From Azolla caroliniana (Eukaryota; Plantae; Polypodiophyta): a stretch of DNA of 64,000 nt. The stretch lies in the NCBI GenBank assembly GCA_043228905.1, contig JBHGNT010000004.1, positions 558,001-622,000 on the forward strand. Direction: 5' to 3'. How positions within the stretch are numbered: the first letter of the stretch is position 1; each line of letters starts with the position of its first letter. The position numbers were made by a program, and so were the translations under genes. The notes beneath the pieces are model-generated. The model saw only the letters and a program-made list of their open reading frames with translations, was not told the origin of the DNA and did not search any database. Of the stretch, positions 55,901-64,000 are shown one piece after another.

Positions 55901-58900
55901 TTCCTTTCTCTCTGAGAGAAGTATGGGTCATCACAGCATGCATGGCATTGGTAAGAGAGACAGGGAAACAATTTCGTCCAAATTTATTTACTGTGGAAGC
56001 ACAGAAAGAGTTCTATCGTCTTCAAGCTGATCTCTACTCCTTAGCAAGAGTGAAGGTCTGTTTTTCTTGAATATCTGTCCTTAATTATATTCTTGGTATG
56101 GCCATGAAACTGCTACTACACAGATGGGTAGAGACAGACATATCATTCATAAACTGAATGTTTAAGTTATCTCTAGAGCATTAACGATTGATTATGAGTG
56201 TTTTCACTTGCGCAATGTACATATTTTGTCTTTTTGCCCAGATTATGAGGCTTGGAGATCTTATCGGATATGGAAAATGTATAGAGCCGAGCCCATATAA
56301 CAGGTATTAGTATTTGTTGGTTAAGATGATTCCCATTGCAGTCTGCAGACATTTGCTGTATTTTTTGTTGTTGATGCATGCTATTTTAATTGGAGCAGTG
56401 CATCTCTGAGCATGCTTCCTTGGCCTAGGCCCATTGTTTGGCCTGCAATCCCTACTGATGCAGATGATCTGATTGCAGAAAAAGCAAAGGTGAACAATTC
56501 ATTTCATACATCTAATAAGAATAAAATTTCTTGATCCAATAATTCACTTCTATTGATTCTGCAGATCTCATGTGAGATGCCTAAACCCTTTGGGATCATA
56601 AGAAAGGCACTACCTCTGGCACCTACATTGCTTCTTAGGGATGCCAACAGAAGAAGAGCTGCACTCTCTGTGGGGAACATGGCAGAAATGTTTGATTCTC
56701 GATTAAGTTTTAAAGAGAGGTATGACAATCCTGAGATGCTAAATTATGTTAGGATTGGGTTTGAATACACAAAAAATGAGCATTCTAATGCTGATATTAG
56801 AATTTTTGGCAGCCCAGCTGGCGATAGTGTTGTTCCAGTGACATCCCCGTCCATTCCAATAACCGCTGCACCACCTCGATCAGTGTCATTTGGCAGTTTG
56901 AGCTCAGGAAATGCTACAAGTCAAAGTCCAGGCCATGCTGATAGACCTATGCGTTTGCCTGAGATCTATGCTGCTGCAGAGGCTGCTATCCAGAGCACTA
57001 TCACCAACGAGAAGCTCAAGGATGCACTTTCTTCGGTTGAGAAGTTTGAGGTATAGCAGTACATGTAAGCTGTTAATGGTGTTTCCATAAATTTCAAGAA
57101 CTTGAATGAAGTTTTTCTGCTAGGATTTCTACATTGAGCTGACAAAAGCAGCAGCAGAGAATTATCATAATTCCTGGCGCAAACGACATGGTGTTGTATT
57201 GGATGGAGAAATAGCAGCATTCCACTTTAGGCGTGGTAACTATGACCCTGCAGTGAAGCTGTATGAAAAGGTTTGTGCAATGTATGCTGGTGATGGGTGG
57301 CGTGCACTACTTGCAGAAGTTCTCCCAAATCTTGCAGAATGTCAGAAACAACTTGAAGATCTAGCTGGTTATCTCCTTTCTTGTATTAAGTTACTATCTC
57401 TGGAGAAGAATCTGTTGCGAGAAGAGGAACGCCATAGTATTCAATCAGAAGTGCTAAGATTAGCCCATAGCGCATTAAAGAATCCGGTTTCATTGGATGT
57501 GTCCTCACTAATCACATTTTCAGGAAGGGGTGGATCTCCTCTTAAGCTTTGTGAGGGGGATCCTGGAAACTTATTGATATCTGTGTGGAGTGGCTTTCCT
57601 GGAGAAATAATACTGGATGCTCTAAGCGTTACATTGATTGCAACATTTACACCAGAGGAAGGTGGGAAGGTATGCGTCGTCTGCTATTACTATTTCCAAC
57701 TCTGATTTATGTGGTAACTATCATAATTGTATTACAAGTTTGCTGTACTTGTTCTTTTGTTGACCAATGGAAAAACATATCACTGACATTGTCAAATGAA
57801 TGCTCAGGTTGTGAAGAGTAGTCAGGGCCCGTGCTTGAAACCAGGAAAAAACAATGTGCTTATGATCTTGCCTCCACAGCGACCAGGGTCTTACGTTCTT
57901 GGTGTGCTGACGGGACAATTGGGACAAGTGAGGCTTAGGTCACACAAATACTATATGACTAGTGCATTAAGCTCAAAGGGAGGATTTCCTGATAGTGATG
58001 ATTTCTTGAGTTTGGAGAGGCCTTTGAGACCCGTCTTACAGGTAAAGATTAGAACTATTCCATTTTTTATTTTCTTCTAAATTTATTATGTGAAAGATAA
58101 TCTAAATTTGATGTTCTTCTAAGAAGTATCTACCTATATTCTATGATGCAGGTTTCAGAACCCCGTCCACTTTTAGAGATAACTTCTGTGGTTTCTTGGG
58201 GATTGCTAATGAATGAACCTCAATGGCTTGGTTTGATTATTAGGCCAATTGATTACTCTCTCAAGGATTCTATTTTACAAATATTACCAGCAGTGGGTCT
58301 GCAAATTGATGATCCACAACTTTGTGAACTTGAATTGGCAGAAAATTTACTTAAAGGAGGCACTCAAAAACACCTTTCAAGGGAAATAAGCCATATTGGT
58401 AAAGATATACAGGCTTTAGATCTCAAATCTGGGACAGTATCACTTCCTGATTGGGCGAGTGAACAAGCATCAGTATTATGGCTAAGGGTTAAAGCTGTCC
58501 AAGAGAAATCAAAAGATGTTTTTAGCACTCCACAACCTTCATCTACCATAAAGTCTTTAGGCAGTCGCAGTATTAATGCCGTAATTGTGGATGATACTCT
58601 GTCCGGTGAACACTCTTCAACAGGACAAGAAATTAAGAAACATACACTAAAGGATAGCCAGACAGTTGGTGTAAGGAAGCTTGATCTCAAACTCAAGTAT
58701 GGAGCATCACATAGCAGACTTTATGAGAAGTATGAGCTCTGAGTGGATCACTATGTTTAATGGGGTGCATGTACATGTCTTTTTCTAATTGTGTGGTGTT
58801 TCATTTAGTTTCTCTTAAAGGAGGTAGTATATTCTTTGAAATTATATGTACAAGATAATGTGAATGCCAACTTGCATGAGAAATTTAACAGAAATTTATT

Positions 58901-61900
58901 GAGATATAACAGAAATTTAACTTATGACATGTTTCAGGACGTTAACTATTCAATATTTGGATCCATTACGAATGATATCTCGAGTGGTTGCAAAGGGCAA
59001 TGATTCTACATTTCTTCTACAAGTATGTACTAGCATAAAATAGATTTTCTATTTTTTTAATAATAATCTAATAAGCTTCCAATGCTGTACAATTCTGTTG
59101 CGTGTTTGTTCCATGCACAATATCTGAAAGATTATACCATCAAAATTATTTCTTTCCATGGGTTAAAAATTTTTAAATCTGAATTTTAGTCAAGTTTCTG
59201 ATTATCATTGTTTCTAAGAAAATTTTCTGTCTCTTGAAATTTGATAGAGTCTGCGACTAGAATATTTTGTGGCCAAAGATTTGTTTGAAGCTCTCATGTA
59301 AAATGTTAAGGAGTTTGTCTCTGGACAGAAATATAATCATTATAGGAGACTGAATAGAGATTTATTTCAAGAGTACCAGGATCAGGAAGCTCTCATCATC
59401 CTTGTAAAAAAGAATTTCCTTGAAATTTTAATACTTTCAATGATCTGGAGAAGTTTTGTGAAGCCTGAGGTAAAATTTGATTAAAGAATGATGGAAGTTT
59501 CTGTAAATAGATGGAACTTTGTCAGAGTTTTGAATAAATCTAAAAGATCAAATCAAGTGCAGTAATATTGGTGAGCAGCTTGCGCTTCTTCAGTTTGACA
59601 TGTACAAAGTACAGGAGTGAAGTTACACAATTGCTTTCTGAACAGAGTTGGGTAGTCACCAGTCCACAGATTTTGCCTGCCCTCAGTTACACCGCTCTAC
59701 CTGGGGAGATGCTTTCTCCTCCTTTGATCATGTGATAAATAAAATTTTGATATTGAAATCTTTTTGGAGAGATAAAACTACTCTCCATTGTCATATAACA
59801 CCTACCCACTTGGTTGCAAGCTTGAGGCCACCAGGTTTAGAGAAAGAAAGAAGAATGTATTAACGTCTACCAGAGGCCAAAATCAACCTATTGGAGAAAT
59901 TAGAATTAAAATATGAATGAATTCATGTTATCAATACTGAAACAAAATAAAAACTCTAGGTTCCTAAAGCTCCATGATTATTTTTTTAATGCATCTGGTG
60001 AAATGATTTTTGAGATGGTTTACGAGGGTTAAGTGCATAACTTACACTTATGGGTTGAGTGGTGGTGATTGGGCATTGTATTTGAGGCTGATTGGTGGGG
60101 CTGATTGTTAGAAATATTGAGAATCGATTAGATAGGTATATAGAGTTACATATATGAAAACAAAACTACTAAACCACAGAGATGGATATATGAAAACAAA
60201 ACTTCTATTACATATGAGAGTAGCTCACAATGGTAGTTCACTCATGCGCTCACACGTTAGAGCTTAGATGGGATCTGGACCAGCTCACTACAAAATTATT
60301 GGGGATTGATAATCAATATCACTTGGTACGAAGATGGCCCACTATATGACACAATTCTTATACACATCGGAGGATGGATTCATCATTAGGCCACCATATA
60401 TGGACATACATCTATCCTATGTACGGCGCAATGTGATAGGGCAGCTGCAAACTTCATCACATCAGTTACAGATTGGGGTAGGCAGATATACACGAATATC
60501 GCTACAAGAAAGTGCCAATTGTGTCATCAAGGAGTGGAATCCGAAGAACACTATGTTTGTCACTGTAGTGTTTTTTATGAAATCAGAGGGAGATACCATT
60601 ACCTCTTTAAACAAGGCTTTGGCCCGCCATGCAAGGTAATGGAATATGAGGACCAATAGTGCCTAGGACTTTTCTTGCTAGAGCTGAAGAGACATCAGGA
60701 AAAGTTGTTGAAGAATACAGCCACACAAGCTCATCCACAAAGAACAATCACAACTTTCTTTAGCCCCATCACTCCTACTAATGCTACAAGTCAATCTAGG
60801 GATACACAAATGGACTTCCAACCAGGACATAATAAAGGAGTTACAATTGATCGGGGCAATAGCAATTTGTTGTGTACATAGGCCCCGGCCCCATGGACCA
60901 CGACCTCAACACCCTTGTCATCGACAGATAAAAGCCATTATCTCTTGCTATTGCAGGTGCTTCCCTCGCTTCGGAGACCTTTCCATTCTAGATCGACCTA
61001 TGCTAGAGATCTTTCGAAGACAAAAGTTACAATACATCTAACTTGAGAATCTCACATGTGCCGAAAACTAGTTTCCCTCGTCTCTTTTTATCTTATTTAC
61101 TTTTATATTTACGGAGTAATATTTATTTTATTTTGATTTGTTGATTTGTTGTCTCAAAGATGAGACAACACTTCAGATGTAATCTCTTGTTTGGTCTTAT
61201 AGTCCATTTTGGCCTCTTAAAAAAGACGTTAATATATCTTTCTTTCTTTGTTCTTTCTTGGGAGCTCCCTAAACGAAGGTACCCAAGGTTGGCACTTATG
61301 TCATCAAGACAACTGGCTGAAAATGGAGACACTCATTGTTGGTATGTTGAAATGCAGCAATGGTTCGAGTCACATGGCATGAGTATAAATGCACTACCCC
61401 CGTTCCAATATAGCTTGGACTGTTCCCATCTCAATATGACCAAAGTGGAAAAGAATAGAGTGATCCGAACTGATATTATTAACTTAGAAAACAAGATAAC
61501 ATGGATCAGCCCCAAAATACCACTTGGTACAAAGATGGCCCACTATAAGACACACTTCTTACATCTATCCTATGTGTTGCGTAGTGTGATAGGGCAGCTG
61601 CGAACCTCATCACATCAGCTATAGATTGAGGTGGGCAGATATACACGACTACCTCTAGAAGAGAGAATTTGCCAATTGTGTCGTCAAGGAGTGGAATCTG
61701 AAGAACACTATGTTTGTCATTGTAGTGTCTTTTATGCAATTAGAGGGAGATACCATTGCCTCTTTAAACAAGGCTTTGGCCCACTACGCAAGGTAATGGA
61801 ATATGAGGACCAAAGATGCCTAGGACTTTTCTTGCTCGAGCTCAAGAGACATCGGGAAAAGTTGTTGAAGAATACAGCCACACAAGCTCATCCACAAAGA

Positions 61901-63306
61901 ACAATCACAACTTTCTTTAGCTCCATCACTCCTAATGCTAGAAGTCAACCCTAGGATATAGAAATGGGATCCAGACCAGGATATAACAAAGGGGTTACGA
62001 TTGATCGGGCAATGGCAATTTGCCTTGCACGTAGGCCCCGGCCCCATGGACCACGACCTCGACACCCTTGTCATCGACAAATAAAAGCCATTATCTCCCG
62101 CCATCATAGGTGCTTCCTTCGCTTTGGAGACATTTCCATTCTGGATCGACCTATGATAGAGATCTTTCGGAGACAAAAACTACAATATACCTAACTTGAG
62201 AATCTCACATGTGCCAAAAACCAGATTCTCTCGTCTCTTTTCTTTTCATCTTATTTACTTTTATATTTACTGTGTAATATTTACTTTATTTTGATGTGTT
62301 CTCAAAGACGAGAAAACATTTAAGATGGAATCTCTTATTCGGTCTTATAGGCCATTTTGGCCTCTTAAAAGACGTTAATATATCTTTCTTTCTCTCTCTC
62401 TCTCTCTTTCTTATAGGCCATTTTGGCTTCTTAAAAGACGTTAGTATATCTTTCTTTCTTTCTTTGTTTTCTCTGTCTTTTGGGTCAATCTTGAAGACGA
62501 GACAACATATTAAGATGTAATCTATTAAGATGCTTTCATGGAGTTGAAAATTAACTGAGTTAAGTGAAAAGCCATGTTTGTCTTTGCCAACTCTAGTGAA
62601 GTGTGGGCTTGAGCTTGGGCCTTAATTTATGCTTGATGAATATCATGAAGTGTATTTCCACCTTTTTGGTGCCAAATAAAAGTGAAGCTTGTTCTTTTTA
62701 CACTCAATACATATGTTAAAATTTTAATTGTATTTCTTTCCTCATTCAGGTGACACTGATTTCTCAATTAAATGCAACAATTATCATAGAAGATGCTGAG
62801 CTGCATTTGCAACCAGGTTTTGTGCACTTTGGAGGTGTAAATAATGGCTCACCTCTTTCTGGCATATTGCCACTTGTTATGGCTCCATCAACAGAATCAG
62901 CTCTGCTCTTTACTGTTTATGTCGAGGCATCGGGGAAAGAAAATGGTAATGTTTCTTTCATTTATATTTGAAGGTATTGTGAGCGGTGGAATGTTTTCTA
63001 ATGAGAAAATATGAATTCATGTTACTGCAGGTATTGTACAAGGTCAATCGACTGATGGAAGTACGTTAAACATAAAGTACAAAATAATTGGGGACCGAAC
63101 TTTAGGTGCCCATTCTCCAAGCAGTTGTCTCAGAACTGATAGTGATGGTGGAAGAGATATATCACTGCAGTTCAAAAGCTTCGTGGCTTTGCAAATGCCA
63201 ATCCTAGATCCATTACTTGCTGTTGGAATGTTACCCCTTCCTTGCAACAATCCTTGTGTAGGAGATCAAATTTCAATACAGTGGCGTGTAGAAAGAATCA
63301 AAGAAG
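46985..63306 (+). CDS. TRS130: TRAPPII-specific subunit 130 (TRAPPC10/CLUB), 3' end beyond window
   Basis: Exons 46985-47048, 48261-48490, 50012-50193, 50342-50525, 50602-50692, 53863-54026, 55706-55795, 55894-56055, 56242-56303, 56399-56489, 56565-56719, 56813-57050, 57124-57669, 57808-58041, 58152-58729, 58938-59022, 62750-62945, 63031-63306. Motifs FWFHEPYATVVLVTCEDLDEYK, WNFCNFFILKESLAF, FREFDFRQYIFARQ. Confidence 0.93.
47290..48060. repeat. Degenerate repeat in TRS130 intron 1
   Basis: Recurrent TTCATATCCACAT-like and AGTTTGAGAAGGA-like motifs at roughly 60-90 bp spacing. Confidence 0.5.
48568..49488. repeat. Three tandem 307-bp units, each with an internal 85-bp-period duplication (TRS130 intron 2)
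   Basis: TCATATGGGTCCTGAATG at 48571, 48878 and 49185; AAATATGTGAATC...AAACTAGAAT twice per unit. Confidence 0.97.
60313..62520 (+). mobile_element. Two tandem 5'-truncated non-LTR retrotransposon 3' ends (RTEX-like), in TRS130 intron 16
   Basis: QLRTSSHQL...GRY...ERICQLC...VESEEHYVCHC..FYAIR zinc-finger; copies at about 60313-61258 and 61259-62400 with (TCTT)-rich tails; a third tail fragment at about 63565-63630. Confidence 0.75.
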
Positions 63307-63654
63307 GTATCTGCAAGGTTGTAAAAAGTAGCTACACAAACTACCTGGTAATATTTTCACTATCATTAATTATTGTGGAAAGAATTAGTGTTGTTGATAT
63401 GTGACTAATTGTGCTCTTGTGCTTTCTTCTCTTTCTTTTTTCTAATGCATTCCTGTGATCATTTGACACAAATAAGGGATACAATGTTTCAAAAGACCTT
63501 AACTACTTAATAAAAAGAGCCTACCATCATGTACCTCTTCCTCTCCCTCTCTTGTAATCTCTTTTAAGATGTAATCTTGTGTTTAGTCTTTTGGTCTATT
63601 AAAAGACATTAATAATGTTTCTTTCTTTCTTTTGATGTCTTTTAAGAAACCAAA

Positions 63655-63975
63655 ATAAATACAACTAAACATATGGTACGAAATAATATATTGATCTAAG
63701 ACCATAATATTCTAAACTTAAATAGACCGAAGCTTTTGTCTTCAAAAGAATTTAGGCTGAAGCTTTTGTTTTGGATATAGTTTGTAACATTACCTGCTTC
63801 AAGATGTAGAGATCTTAATAAATACAACTAAACATATGGTATGAAAGAATATATTTATCTAAACCCTTAATATTCTAACTTAGATTGACTGAAGCTTTTG
63901 TCCTCAAAAGAATTTAGGCTGAAGCATTTGTTTTGGAAAAGTTTGTAACATTACCTGCTCCAAGATGTAGAGATA
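63655..63975. repeat. ~163-bp diverged tandem duplication (intronic)
   Basis: ACAACTAAACATATGGTA at 63661 and 63824. Confidence 0.85.
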
Positions 63976-64000
63976 TCCAAAGCAAGGTAAGCACCTTTCA

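Overview
Eukaryotic, AT-rich, intron-containing land-plant DNA. A non-seed plant such as a bryophyte is inferred from the retroelement types and is not proven. Bases 1-10.8 kb hold a three-layer nest of LTR elements. A minus-strand Ty3/gypsy element (tRNA-Trp PBS, DHG protease, FLDD RT) sits in a second element's LTR, which interrupts the RT of a chromodomain-bearing Tcn1-like chromovirus. Next come an intronless ATL-type RING-H2 gene, LINE fragments with TSDs, and a tRNA-like gene with a TTT anticodon. Three intact plus-strand secretory-pathway genes follow: ARF1 (6 coding exons, 181 aa), a GAUT1/3-like galacturonosyltransferase, and TRS130/TRAPPC10, which runs off the window end. Most notable observations: (1) a canonical-looking -1 frameshift cassette (G GAU UUU, 6-nt spacer, H-type pseudoknot) at the protease/RT junction of the gypsy element; (2) an antisense tRNA-like Pol III A/B-box module at the start of the chromovirus LTR; (3) a tRNA with a Thr-like body and a Lys anticodon, plus decayed copies; (4) telomere-motif minisatellites with an inverted copy in the first introns of the housekeeping genes; (5) tandem duplications inside the pol regions of three unrelated retroelements. 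All coordinates were read by eye and no searches were run.
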